Positions 34,645 through 44,584 of a stretch of DNA of 64,000 nucleotides are shown piece by piece; the first letter of the stretch is position 1, and each line of letters begins with the position of its first letter. The stretch is from Chthoniobacterales bacterium (GTDB taxonomy: Bacteria > Verrucomicrobiota > Verrucomicrobiia > Chthoniobacterales > JBKEAD01): the NCBI GenBank assembly GCA_047971915.1, contig JBKEAD010000240.1, positions 1,133 through 65,132 of the forward strand, in the 5' to 3' direction. The position numbers and the translations under genes were made by a program. A model generated the notes under the pieces. It saw nothing but the letters and a program-made list of their open reading frames with translations. It was not told where the DNA came from and did not search any database.

Positions 34645-36117
34645 GTGAAAGTTATTCTTACTAGGCTCTTTCAGGGCTTTGCCGTCCTCGGGCTTATTTT
34701 TTTGCTCACACTCTGGATCATCCACGGAGCGGTGAATTTTTTGACTTCCAGTAGCTGGAAAATGCAGCAGCAGCGGATTCGCTCCGCAGGTGAGATTTTG
34801 ACCTATTCAGACATGCCGGATTCGACAATCTCGGACAAAGATAATTTTTTAAAATCACGAATCCTGACGGATAAAGAATTTTCAAAGGATATCGTACTTC
34901 TCGAATATATCTCTACAAAAACGCCGGGCGTGCTTCCGGATATTTTTAGAGGGAAGCCCCGCGATCTCGAAAAGTTTATCGACGTCGTAAGGGCTCAAAA
35001 ACTAGTGCCGAATTACTTGTCTAATGATGATGTGATGCGGACGATCCTCCAAAAAACAAATCCGTGGATGGAGGAATTTTATATTGCTGAGATGCGCGAG
35101 GTCATCAGCTTTGGAAATATCCAAGAGCGAGCCGATACGGCCCAGCGTTTTGGCGATTTAATGGGGATTGTAAGGATGGCAAATTTCGTGAGCTTGCGGA
35201 TTGCGATGCAAGCAGCCCTAGGAAATGGCAATGCTGCAAAAAGGGAGCTGATCTCACTTATTCAGTTAGCAAACCTTTGTAAAAACACCCCCCTGCTTGC
35301 CGTCCAATTTATTCGTTGGAATATTGTTACCATTCTCTCCGAGGCACTTTGGGAAGGAATCGCAAAGGGCTGCTGGACCGATGCGGATTTGATAGAAATT
35401 CAGCAGCAATTAAACTCCATCGACCTTTCCAAAGATTTTTCAGAAGCCCTGGTGAGCGAGCGAGCTTTTTTGATTGAAACACTCGCTAAATACGGTACGG
35501 ACGGTGGGTATTATCAATTGAGCCGGGATGCGAGTCGATTGAAACTCGGAAACGAAAATACCCAAGGTTCGGAAATTTCCGAAAAGCTAGATTTGCTGGA
35601 TACGCTCTGGAGCCGCCCCAGAGGGCTTATTTTTAATGAACTCGGAAAAATCAGCACCATCATTACGTCGCTGATAGAAACGAGCCAAAAAGATCCTTTT
35701 TCGATGTCGGTGGAAACACAGCTTTTACAAGTCGTGCGTGATTTAGGAAAATTTCCAAATAGTTTTATCTATATCATCACTCCGCTGAGCATGCGCAGTT
35801 TTTTACCCGCTCAAGCCATACTGATGTTTGCGGAAACCCTCCGCCGACAAGCCTACATAGCTTGTGCCCTAGAACGCTATCGTTTGCAGAAAAAAGAATA
35901 CCCCTTGAGTATCGAGGTATCTGGTGTTCGCGAGTTCGAAGATTTACCACTCGACCCTTTTGCAGAAAATCGCCCCTTTCACTACGAGCGACTCACTCCG
36001 CAATCTCACCGTTTATGGTCCATTGGCCCCGACCGAGAAAATCAAAACGCAGTGCAGACGGTTCCGGCAAAGGGCGAAACCGACGATATCATCTGGCAGT
36101 CTGCCAGCCGTCCGTGA
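34645..36117 (+). CDS. Hypothetical membrane-anchored protein
   Basis: 490 aa with a GTG start and one N-terminal TM (FAVLGLIFLLTLWIIHG). The rest looks largely helical. No family recognised. Confidence 0.4.
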   Translation: MKVILTRLFQGFAVLGLIFLLTLWIIHGAVNFLTSSSWKMQQQRIRSAGEILTYSDMPDSTISDKDNFLKSRILTDKEFSKDIVLLEYISTKTPGVLPDIFRGKPRDLEKFIDVVRAQKLVPNYLSNDDVMRTILQKTNPWMEEFYIAEMREVISFGNIQERADTAQRFGDLMGIVRMANFVSLRIAMQAALGNGNAAKRELISLIQLANLCKNTPLLAVQFIRWNIVTILSEALWEGIAKGCWTDADLIEIQQQLNSIDLSKDFSEALVSERAFLIETLAKYGTDGGYYQLSRDASRLKLGNENTQGSEISEKLDLLDTLWSRPRGLIFNELGKISTIITSLIETSQKDPFSMSVETQLLQVVRDLGKFPNSFIYIITPLSMRSFLPAQAILMFAETLRRQAYIACALERYRLQKKEYPLSIEVSGVREFEDLPLDPFAENRPFHYERLTPQSHRLWSIGPDRENQNAVQTVPAKGETDDIIWQSASRP

Positions 36118-36150
36118 GCCTTTGTAAAAACTCACCACAAAGCACAAACA

Positions 36151-36183
36151 CCCCGACTTTTTTGTTTTCCCAAAAAAGCGGGG
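36151..36183. terminator. Probable bidirectional hairpin between convergent genes
   Basis: CCCCGACTTTTTTG-ttttcc-CAAAAAAGCGGGG forms 13 bp with one bulged A. U-rich tracts follow on both strands. Confidence 0.45.
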
Positions 36184-36208
36184 CGATATTTGCTTATAAC
36201 GAAAAAAA

Positions 36209-36505
36209 TTAGTGCCGTGAGTGGCGGCGACCTCCCCCGTCATCACGACGAGGTTTGCGTGCTTCCATCGGGCGAGCTTCGTTCACCGTGAGGGAGCGTC
36301 CGTCAAAATCTTTGCCGTTTGTGCCTTCGATGGCAGCGCGAGCTTCGTCATCGCTGCTCATGGTGACAAACGCAAAGCCGCGAGAACGGCCCGTAACACG
36401 GTTCATGATAAGGTGGGCATCTGTTACTGTTCCAAACTGCGAGAAAAGATCTTTGACATCTTCTTCCGTGCTTTGAAAAGACAAGTTTCCTACATAGAGT
36501 TTCAT
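36209..36505 (-). CDS. RRM-type RNA-binding protein
   Basis: 98 aa with RNP2 KLYVGNL, RNP1 RGFAFVTM and a C-terminal Arg/Gly-rich tail. Confidence 0.85.
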   Translation of the reverse strand: MKLYVGNLSFQSTEEDVKDLFSQFGTVTDAHLIMNRVTGRSRGFAFVTMSSDDEARAAIEGTNGKDFDGRSLTVNEARPMEARKPRRDDGGGRRHSRH

Positions 36506-36752
36506 TTAGAATAACAAGGTTTTAGTATCTCCGCTGCCAAAGGTGGTTCTCATCTGAGAGCCCGACCAGTTTGGAGATAACACAAAAACAAGGATTGTTC
36601 TCAGTTACTTCAAAGGGGACGTTCTTATGATAAGCGGCTTCATGCGAACGAGTAAAAGCAAATGCTCTCAAGCGCAAGCTAGATTTATTAATAATTTGTT
36701 TAAATTGGCAAAAAATTCGAGAGAAGCCGTGCAGGTGCCCTTGCTCGGGCCG

Positions 36753-38225
36753 CTATTTTTTTTGACTAAGTTTAAAACCGTCGGCGGCGTCTTTTACGAT
36801 CCAGCCGGCCTGGTCGAGCTCGTTTCGCAGAGCATCGGCAGTGGGCCAGTCGCGTGCCTGCTTGGCCTCCCAACGACGTTGAGCAAGAGCTTCGATTTCA
36901 GGTGGAGCAGTGGCCGCGGCAGCTTTTTCGAGTTTGAATCCAAAGGCATATTGCACGGCAGCAAAATTTGCAGAGAGCGCATCGAGACGGGTTTGGCTAA
37001 GCTGGCCGGAGTCAATTTTTTGCAGAGCATTTTTTACAAGTGGAAAAAGACGTCCCAAGGCTTCGGGAGTATTGAGATCATCGAGTAGGGCGTCAAACAC
37101 AGGTTGAAACTCTCCAAAATCCAAGGGTTTTTTTGCCGAAAAAATTTGTGGTGTGGGTCCCAGTTTTTCGCGCAAATCGCAGAGTCGGGCACGGGCACTT
37201 TGTGCAGCCCTTAGCGAGTCGATCGTGAAGTTTAGGGGCTGGCGGTAGTTGCCGGCAATGAGGGCGTAACGCAGATCTTCGGGGTGAAAGCCTTTGGCCG
37301 TGAGGTCTTCGAGGGTGTAGAGGTTGCCAAGAGATTTACTCATCTTGCTGCCCTCGACTAGGAGATGCGCAACGTGAAACCAGTGATTTGCAAAAGTCTG
37401 ACCAGTGGCGGCTTCGCTTTGGGCAATTTCGTTTTCGTGGTGGGGGAAGACGAGATCGACTCCGCCACCGTGAAGGTCGAGATTTGGACCGAGTTCCTTC
37501 ATCGCCATAGCACTGCATTCAATGTGCCAACCGGGGCGCCCCTCGCCCCACGGCGATTCCCAGAAATTGGGGCCATCTTCGGGACGGCGTGCTTTCCAAA
37601 GGGCAAAATCGGCAGCCGAGTCGCGGTCGTATTCGTCGTTTAATTCTGCATCTGCAACGGAGTCTGAGGTATTTTTTTTATCTGTGGTGATACTGCGTTC
37701 GGAGAGGCGGGAGAGGTGCCCGTAGTCGGGAAAAGAGGCTACGGAAAAATAAACCGAGCCGTCTTTGCTGACGTAGGCAAACTTTTTATCGACGAGTTTT
37801 TTGATGAGTTCGATTTGCTCGGGCAAGTGAGCGACTGCGCTTGGTTCGCTGTGTGGGCTTAGGATGTTTAGCGCATCGCTGTCGGCATGGAAGCGGTCTT
37901 TCCAGTAGCTGCAAAATTCACTCAGCGACTTACCCTCGGCCTGGGATTGGCGGATGGTTTTGTCATCCACATCTGTGATGTTGCGAACGTGTTTTGTTGC
38001 TATGCCTGAGGCCTCGAGAGTTCGGCGAAAAACGTCTTGGATGACGAAGGTGCGAAAATTCCCTATGTGCGCAGGGCCGTAAACGGTGGGGCCGCAGCAG
38101 TAAAAGCGGTAGGTTTGTCCATCGCTTGGGCTAATGGCACGCTCGCTTCGCGTGAGCGTGTCGTAGAGATGAAATTTTGCTTGCGAGCTATTTTTCGATC
38201 CGCTGCTGCCGACTTTGGAGGTCAT
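36753..38225 (-). CDS. cysS: Cysteine--tRNA ligase
   Basis: 490 aa with HIGN (HIGH-type), KMSKSLGN and the CGPTVY zinc-site context. Confidence 0.9.
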   Translation of the reverse strand: MTSKVGSSGSKNSSQAKFHLYDTLTRSERAISPSDGQTYRFYCCGPTVYGPAHIGNFRTFVIQDVFRRTLEASGIATKHVRNITDVDDKTIRQSQAEGKSLSEFCSYWKDRFHADSDALNILSPHSEPSAVAHLPEQIELIKKLVDKKFAYVSKDGSVYFSVASFPDYGHLSRLSERSITTDKKNTSDSVADAELNDEYDRDSAADFALWKARRPEDGPNFWESPWGEGRPGWHIECSAMAMKELGPNLDLHGGGVDLVFPHHENEIAQSEAATGQTFANHWFHVAHLLVEGSKMSKSLGNLYTLEDLTAKGFHPEDLRYALIAGNYRQPLNFTIDSLRAAQSARARLCDLREKLGPTPQIFSAKKPLDFGEFQPVFDALLDDLNTPEALGRLFPLVKNALQKIDSGQLSQTRLDALSANFAAVQYAFGFKLEKAAAATAPPEIEALAQRRWEAKQARDWPTADALRNELDQAGWIVKDAADGFKLSQKK

Positions 38226-38692
38226 AGCTTGGTTGGATTTGGAGCATCACCATAAACCTCTTTTGGGTCGAAGGTTTTGCTGTCTTCGCGAAACTCGAGT
38301 GCATCGCCGGCACGGTCGGCAACTGGCACGGAACGGTAAAAACAACTACGGTAGCCGACGTGGCAACTCGCGCCGGACCCGGCAACTTCGACGCGCAGCC
38401 AGACACAATCTTGGTCGTCGTCTATACGCATGTCCTTGATGTGCTGGACGAGGCCGCTGGTGGCACCTTTGTGCCAGAGCTGTCGGCGGCTACGACTCCA
38501 GTAGTGCGCCTCGCCGGTTTCGATACTCTTTTCCAAAGCCTCGCGGTTCATGTAAGCGTGCATGAGAAGCTCGCCCGTATGGAAATCAGTCGTTACGACG
38601 GGTAGGACACCTTTATCATCAAATTTCGGTGCCAGCTCATTTCCTTCTTCAACTTGCTCAACGCTAACTCGTGGATGAAAAACTACTTTCAT
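38222..38692 (-). CDS. hisI: Phosphoribosyl-AMP cyclohydrolase (monofunctional HisI)
   Basis: It has [38 protein letters not shown] and [15 protein letters not shown]...CH. The start is set at the ATG (MKVVFH). 4-nt overlap with cysS. Confidence 0.85.
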   Translation of the reverse strand: MKVVFHPRVSVEQVEEGNELAPKFDDKGVLPVVTTDFHTGELLMHAYMNREALEKSIETGEAHYWSRSRRQLWHKGATSGLVQHIKDMRIDDDQDCVWLRVEVAGSGASCHVGYRSCFYRSVPVADRAGDALEFREDSKTFDPKEVYGDAPNPTKL

Positions 38693-38831
38693 AATGGAAC
38701 AAGAAAAGGTGGATGAGACGGGCTGCAAGGTCAAGCGCAAGTCGAGTTTCTTGCTTTGTTCTCTAAAAAATAGAAAATTGCGTTGATTTTCATCGTGCGC
38801 ATCGAATGGAAATTTGGTATAATGAGCGGCT

Positions 38832-39266
38832 ATGAAAAAAACTTTGATCCTAGCGTTTATGTTGATCGTATTGCTCGGGGTTCTGACCGTGGGTGGACTG
38901 GGGTATTACTGGTATACAAAGCCAATCGAGTGGGGCTTGGCCGCTCAGATGTCAAATATTCCAGCGGAGCGGCGCGTGGAAATTTTAAAGGAATGTCAGA
39001 GAATCGGAATGAGCGATGAGGTGTTGGGAAAAGTGGTGCGAGAGCTGGATATGCAAGCAGAACTGGGAGCTACCAGTGAGGCGGAGGCAATAGAAAAGCT
39101 GCGTCAGAGGGTGATCATTCGTGAACACGGTAATACGGTTGGCTTTTTAGTGAAAGGCATCCGCGGCGATAAAGCTCATCTAGCTGAGATTGCAAAAAAA
39201 ATCTACGTTCACACGATGGGAATACCCGAAGCGGCCACGATGGATACCGAAAAAAAGAGTTTCTAA
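38832..39266 (+). CDS. Hypothetical membrane-anchored protein
   Basis: 144 aa with an N-terminal TM. No family recognised. Confidence 0.4.
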   Translation: MKKTLILAFMLIVLLGVLTVGGLGYYWYTKPIEWGLAAQMSNIPAERRVEILKECQRIGMSDEVLGKVVRELDMQAELGATSEAEAIEKLRQRVIIREHGNTVGFLVKGIRGDKAHLAEIAKKIYVHTMGIPEAATMDTEKKSF

Positions 39267-39310
39267 CTACGGCAACAGAAACATCGCATTTCGTTCCGGT
39301 AGTTTTTTTT
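39267..39310 (+). terminator. Intrinsic terminator
   Basis: An imperfect stem CTACGGCAAC...GTTCCGGTAG is immediately followed by T8 (39303-39310), directly after the stop codon. Confidence 0.6.
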
Positions 39311-39424
39311 CTCCAGACAAAGCGGAGGACTTTTGGTATCATTAAAATTTTCTACTAAACGAACTCTTGGGCTGGTATCAAGGTGCTTACACACGTCTGA
39401 GAAACTGAAACTCATTAATATTGC

Positions 39425-41515
39425 ATGGCCCGTATTTATAAGCTCTCCGCAACCGCTCCCAAACTACACATTAATTATAAAGAGGAGCTTAACGAGCAGC
39501 AATATGCGGCAGTAAGTGCCGACCGGGGAGCGTCTCTCGTAATCGCCGGTGCGGGTAGCGGCAAGACTCGCACGCTTACCTACCGCGTCGCGTGGTTGCT
39601 TGAGCACGGGGCGGTTCCTGACTCTATCCTTTTGCTTACTTTCACAAACAAAGCCTCACGCGAAATGCTGCATCGCGTAAACGATCTTCTCCCATCTGCT
39701 TCGGTCGGCATTTGGGGCGGCACCTTTCATTCGATTGGCAGTCGTATTTTACGCCAACATGCCGAACTCCTCGGCTTTCGATCAGGCTTTTCCATCCTCG
39801 ACCAAAACGATCAGCAAGACCTGCTCGAAAGTGTCATCGTGCAAGAGGGGTTTCGTAACACAGAGAAACGCTTCCCGAAAAGTTCTGTGCTTTCCGAAAT
39901 TTTCAGCCTCACAATTAATACCGGACAACCCATCAATGAACTGATCCCGCAGCGTTATCGATATTTTACACATCTTATGGAGGCTTTTGAGAGCATTCAT
40001 GTCGCCTACGAAGCTCGTAAAATTCAAAGCAACGCGTTCGATTTCGACGATCTCATCAGCAAAGTTTTTGATCTTTTTCAAACCCACTCGGAAATTCGCG
40101 ACCTCTACCGTCAACAATTCAAACACATCCTCGTCGATGAATATCAGGACGTAAATCGCTTGCAGGCCGAACTCGTCGATTTACTCGGACGCGATAATGC
40201 CGACCTCATGGTTGTCGGCGACGATGCCCAAGCGATCTATTCGTGGCGCGGAGCAGACTGCGCAAACATTCTCGAATTTCCCAAACGTTATCCGGGCGCA
40301 CGCGTATTTAAAATCGAGACAAATTACCGGAGCGTTCCCGAAGTGCTAGAGCTCGCCAATGCCAGCATTTCTTATAATCCCCATCAGTTTAAAAAACACC
40401 TTCGATCCTCTCGAAAAAATACGGAACGACGCCCGGCATTAATTGGCCTTTCGACAAAAAATCAACAAGCCACTTTCATCGCCCAGCGTATTCTTGATTT
40501 ACGAGACGAGGGTATCCCGCTTTACGAAATCGCTATTCTTTATCGGGCCCATTTTCACTCGATGGAGCTGCAATTCGAGCTAACTCGCCGCGGTATCCCC
40601 TTCACCATCACCAGCGGTCTGCGCTTTTTTGAACAAGCCCATATCAAAGACGTGGCCGCCTTTATGAAACTCGCCGTCAATCCCGACGACGAAGTTGCTT
40701 TTAAGCGCATTGTGAAGTTGCTTGCTGGAATCGGAAATCGCTCCGCCGAAAAAATGTGGGAAACTACCCGCAAATTTCTCGATGGCACACGCGACTTTTC
40801 TCGACTCCAAGGAAAAATCGCCGTTCCTAAAAAAGCCGCATCAAGTTGGGAGCAGCTCGTGCACATTCTTGCAGAACTTGTCGTCGAAGTGGAAGATTCT
40901 GAGAACAAAAAATCTACTCTAAAACCCGCACGGCCTTTTGATATGATAAACAGTGTCCTGCTCGGCTTTTATGAGGACTACATGAAGGATAAATTCGCCA
41001 ACTTCGATTCTCGAAAAGAAGATCTGCAAACCTTTATCAACTACAGTGAAGCCTTTGAAAATGCCGAGGAATTTCTAACTCAACTTGCCTTACTCGGTGC
41101 CGTAGAGACAGCCGACACACTGGCCGACGACAATGAGCAAGTCTGTCTCTCAACCGTGCATCAAGCCAAAGGACTCGAGTGGCACAGCGTCTTCGTCATC
41201 GGTCTCAGCCAAGGTATGTTTCCAAGTGCAAAAGCTATCGAAAACGATAAAAATGGCAAAGCACTCGAAGAAGAGCGTCGCCTTTTTTACGTTGCTGTCA
41301 CACGTTGCAAAGATGAGCTTTACCTGCTCTATCCCCAGATGAATACAGGCGCAAACTATGGTGACCGCTTTTTGCGTCCTTCACCTTTCCTCACCGAGCT
41401 TCCCGAAAATCTGAGCGAAATGTGGGAAATTGAAGTTGGTTTTGCCCAAAACGATGAAGACGGTGACGATGAAGATTTTTATAACCAAGAGAATGAAGAC
41501 ACGGAGCCTTTTTAA
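39425..41515 (+). CDS. uvrD: UvrD/PcrA/Rep-family ATP-dependent DNA helicase
   Basis: 696 aa with LNEQQYAAV, AGAGSGKTRTL, VDEYQDVN, TNYRS and EERRLFYVAVTRCK, plus an acidic C-terminal tail. Confidence 0.85.
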   Translation: MARIYKLSATAPKLHINYKEELNEQQYAAVSADRGASLVIAGAGSGKTRTLTYRVAWLLEHGAVPDSILLLTFTNKASREMLHRVNDLLPSASVGIWGGTFHSIGSRILRQHAELLGFRSGFSILDQNDQQDLLESVIVQEGFRNTEKRFPKSSVLSEIFSLTINTGQPINELIPQRYRYFTHLMEAFESIHVAYEARKIQSNAFDFDDLISKVFDLFQTHSEIRDLYRQQFKHILVDEYQDVNRLQAELVDLLGRDNADLMVVGDDAQAIYSWRGADCANILEFPKRYPGARVFKIETNYRSVPEVLELANASISYNPHQFKKHLRSSRKNTERRPALIGLSTKNQQATFIAQRILDLRDEGIPLYEIAILYRAHFHSMELQFELTRRGIPFTITSGLRFFEQAHIKDVAAFMKLAVNPDDEVAFKRIVKLLAGIGNRSAEKMWETTRKFLDGTRDFSRLQGKIAVPKKAASSWEQLVHILAELVVEVEDSENKKSTLKPARPFDMINSVLLGFYEDYMKDKFANFDSRKEDLQTFINYSEAFENAEEFLTQLALLGAVETADTLADDNEQVCLSTVHQAKGLEWHSVFVIGLSQGMFPSAKAIENDKNGKALEEERRLFYVAVTRCKDELYLLYPQMNTGANYGDRFLRPSPFLTELPENLSEMWEIEVGFAQNDEDGDDEDFYNQENEDTEPF

Positions 41516-41838
41516 GGCGCGAAAGGGACGCAGCAACTTTACTTTAAACGCACCCTTTTTAGGGAGCACGCACAGACAAGACTATCCGTGCCACATTTTC
41601 GCTCAAACCAAGTCGGAATCAGCCAACTTTTAGCCGTTTTGCCTAGAACCGAGTAGGCCGACGGCGGGGTAAAGACTGATGATCTCCACAAGCCGTTATC
41701 TTCTCTTTGCGAGCTATCATCCTTATAAATATGCTATAATATAGTGCATTTACAAGGATATGATTTTGATTTGCCACCTCCGAAAGCATGGGAAAGCATG
41801 GGAAAGAGGGGGCTAAAGCTGGCAGAAGTCACCTTTAT

Positions 41839-42882
41839 TCAGTCTGCTGATTTTTCGGGATAGAGTTTTCGATATTCGACGGATTGCAGGCCGACGATGG
41901 CGGCCATATTTACGATTTTTTCAGGGGAGGCTTCGCGACCGACATCGGCTGCCGGGCGGGTAAGCCCGATCACGAGTTGTCCGTAAACAACCGAGGAGAC
42001 AAGATGCTCGATTAGCTTTGCGGCGACGCTGGCACTATTTAGTTCAGGAAAGACGAGGACATTTGCTTTGCCGGCGACGAGGCTCGGCTTTGGCATTTTT
42101 GCAGCGGCCATCGCGGGGACAAGAGCTACGTCGATTTGCATTTCTCCGTCCACTGCGATGTCCATATTTTCTTTAGATGCCCATTCTTTAGCCACTCCTA
42201 CGGCAGCTTCCATTTTTTCGGTTGATGGAGTCCGCACGCTGCCTTTTGTGCTGAAGCTGATCATGGCGACCCGAGGCCGAGTTCCAAAAAGTTGACGAGC
42301 CATCAATCCGGTTTGCATGCCCACGGCAGCGATCTGCTCGATGTCTGGTTCATGCAATACACCGCACTCCGCTAAAAATAAGATTCCGTTGTGACCTATG
42401 TCTTGGCGTGGCAGCTCGACAATCAGGCAACTCCCGGTCGTTTTGGCGTCCGGAAGTGGTTTTACTAATTTTAGCAAAGGGCGAAAAATACTACCCGTCT
42501 GCGGCTCCACGCCGCCGACATAGCCGTCCACTTGACCATACTGCAACATCATGGCTCCGAAGTAGCACGGATTTTTCATGATGTCTTCTGCTGCTCCTAA
42601 CTTGAGGCGGCGGTAACGGTCTAGGCGTTTGAGCCGTTCGCAAAATACGGGAAACTCTGAGGATTTAGCGGGATCGATCGTGCGGATAAATTCTAAGGAG
42701 ATATCTAGCGATGCAGCTGTTTTTAAAATTCTTTCTTTGTCGCCAAGTAGGACGGGAATGCCAAGTTGATTGTCTGCATACATGCGGGCCGCTTTTATGA
42801 CGTTCGGATGGCTTCCTTCCGGAAAAACAATTCGCTTGGGATGCCGCTTTAATTTTTCAAATATAGATTCCGTGAAACTCAT
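41839..42882 (-). CDS. pta: Phosphate acetyl/butyryl-transferase (PTA_PTB family)
   Basis: 347 aa of the short PTA form (RIVFPEGSHPNVIKAA...; SFSTKGS). Confidence 0.7.
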   Translation of the reverse strand: MSFTESIFEKLKRHPKRIVFPEGSHPNVIKAARMYADNQLGIPVLLGDKERILKTAASLDISLEFIRTIDPAKSSEFPVFCERLKRLDRYRRLKLGAAEDIMKNPCYFGAMMLQYGQVDGYVGGVEPQTGSIFRPLLKLVKPLPDAKTTGSCLIVELPRQDIGHNGILFLAECGVLHEPDIEQIAAVGMQTGLMARQLFGTRPRVAMISFSTKGSVRTPSTEKMEAAVGVAKEWASKENMDIAVDGEMQIDVALVPAMAAAKMPKPSLVAGKANVLVFPELNSASVAAKLIEHLVSSVVYGQLVIGLTRPAADVGREASPEKIVNMAAIVGLQSVEYRKLYPEKSAD

Positions 42883-43023
42883 TGGTTGTTGTGTTTTTCT
42901 TAATACGCTCCCTAACTCATAAAGGGAATCAACCGCGACACAAGCGGGATTTACCTAGCAGTTCTCATTTTTAGTTAGTTGAGGAAGGCGGCGGCAGCGG
43001 GTTTCCAGAGATGCCCTTAACCC

Positions 43024-43917
43024 TTAACCGCTTTTTCTTTCGGAGTGCCGCCTTCTCCATAGCATCCAACCTCCACCAACAAAAAATAACAGGGCGGACG
43101 AGGGTTCGGGCGCATGAGTCAAGGTAATATTTAGACCAGTGACACCCGCGCTGGCACCGCCCGAGCCTGTCGTTGACCCTTGAATACCCCAGAGAACAAA
43201 AACGTCGGTCACGGCGACACCATAACTAAATTTTGCCTGAGCATTGGGAGAATCCGGTGGGTAACTCGAAGCCCCATTTTTCTTAATCCCAAAATTCCAA
43301 GTGCTTGGAAGGTTGCCGGGGAGTCCACTGATCACCGAATTAACCGCATTTTGCCAGCTTGACGAAATATTTTCCGTTGAGGTGATGAGCTTGGTGGAGG
43401 AGCCTAGTGTAATCGTGGGCTGGCTTTGTAAGGTCGTGCCATTATAGGCAAAAGAGGCCATCCATTCGGTTTGCTTGTTGTTTTGTCCGTCGATACTTAG
43501 GCCAAAAAAGTCGGAGACGAAAGTGGGTTGGCTGAAGTGAACATGAAAGCCGATAAAGTCAGCATGATTTCCGGATAGACCATTATCGACACTCGTCCGA
43601 CTACTGGTCGCGATATTTGTAGCCAAATACGGGTCTGTCGAAGGTGCCGTCGTGTCATCAAAAGTATAGCCCGAATAAGTTTGGCCGGAAATTACGGCAG
43701 TTCCTGATTCTCCGTGGTCTGTCGCATAGGTGCCATTTGTTCCTTTTATAAAATTACCACTTACGACAGTGCCGTCCGAAAGGGTGTATCCGCTAGAGAT
43801 AGCTTCCCCGATAGACAAAGTCATATCGAGTGATTGCGCGGATAGCGCATTCACTGGGATCACCGAAAAGAGTAAAGCAAAAATGGCGATACGTTCTATG
43901 TAAGTAGAAGCTGTCAA
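43024..43917 (-). CDS. PEP-CTERM sorting-domain protein (exosortase substrate)
   Basis: It has a signal peptide and the C-terminal sequence HAPEPSSALLFFVGGGWMLWRRRHSERK (PEP motif, TM, basic tail). The only in-frame start is TTG. Confidence 0.8.
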   Translation of the reverse strand: MTASTYIERIAIFALLFSVIPVNALSAQSLDMTLSIGEAISSGYTLSDGTVVSGNFIKGTNGTYATDHGESGTAVISGQTYSGYTFDDTTAPSTDPYLATNIATSSRTSVDNGLSGNHADFIGFHVHFSQPTFVSDFFGLSIDGQNNKQTEWMASFAYNGTTLQSQPTITLGSSTKLITSTENISSSWQNAVNSVISGLPGNLPSTWNFGIKKNGASSYPPDSPNAQAKFSYGVAVTDVFVLWGIQGSTTGSGGASAGVTGLNITLTHAPEPSSALLFFVGGGWMLWRRRHSERKSG

Positions 43918-44259
43918 TCTATTTTAGGCAAATGAGCTAATTGGCTAACATCCAATTGCAAGGTAAAAATACTCTCTGTAAAGAGCTAGTGGTTTTTTAC
44001 AGCACCTTAATTACGGAGGGTGCACTCTTTAACAAGTAACCCAGCTTTATGAGTTGATGAAAAGCATTTTTTAGCGATTTTATAAAAAAAACACAGATTT
44101 TTTTGGCTCAAAAAATTGCCCGTCAATTTATCAAATCACAATATTTTGGATGTAAAAATCGGCTCATCGGGAAAGTTCATGGATAGTGGCAACGTCCTAT
44201 CCCTGAATTTTTTCAGTGAACGTTTTTTATCTTAGAGCTACCCGTCGGTGAGAAGTTTT

Positions 44260-44370
44260 TTGAATAAGGAAAGCAAGAAAGCAGGAAATTTATTCTCGAT
44301 AGGATGGGCAATGATGGTTTCACTTTCAGGTTCACCTTTCTTTTCCTGCCTTCCTGCTTTCCTTATTTAA
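44260..44370. repeat. Long inverted repeat / hairpin: 26-nt arms (44263-44288 and 44342-44367) around a 53-nt loop
   Basis: 24 of 26 positions are complementary. The two exceptions are A.C on the plus strand and become G.U if transcribed from the minus strand. The arms are polypurine/polypyrimidine (AATAAGGAAAGCAAGAAAGCAGGAAA). Confidence 0.85.
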
Positions 44371-44584
44371 TACAGCTTTTTCTCGTTTTAATATCCTCTC
44401 CGAGATGGATAGGAGTTCCTTGAGCTAAGCTTAAAAAACTCGGATTCGTTCGCTGCCACGAACCTTGGGATATTGCTATGTTGCGGCGCGAAAACAGATC
44501 CTTTTTCTTTTCGCTACACACAAACTTCCCAGAGGAATCTAAAAACCCCTTGTTTTTCTATCCAGAGCCTTTGTGCTATAGGCC

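Noticed and set aside
36627-37088. A 153-aa plus-strand ORF spanning the RRM/cysS spacer and the cysS 3' end.
   Set aside because: It is mostly antisense to the well-supported cysS gene and no domain was recognised.
39372-39379. An extra exact GATACCAG 8-mer (reverse strand) upstream of uvrD.
   Set aside because: It lacks the second ATACC half-site and the flanking similarity. An 8-mer is expected about twice by chance in 64 kb on both strands.
44260-44370. A MITE interpretation of the long inverted repeat.
   Set aside because: This is not fully excluded. However, no target-site duplication flanks the arms, only one copy is in the window, and the minus-strand G.U pattern favours an RNA structure. 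It is kept as a finding with the MITE as an alternative.
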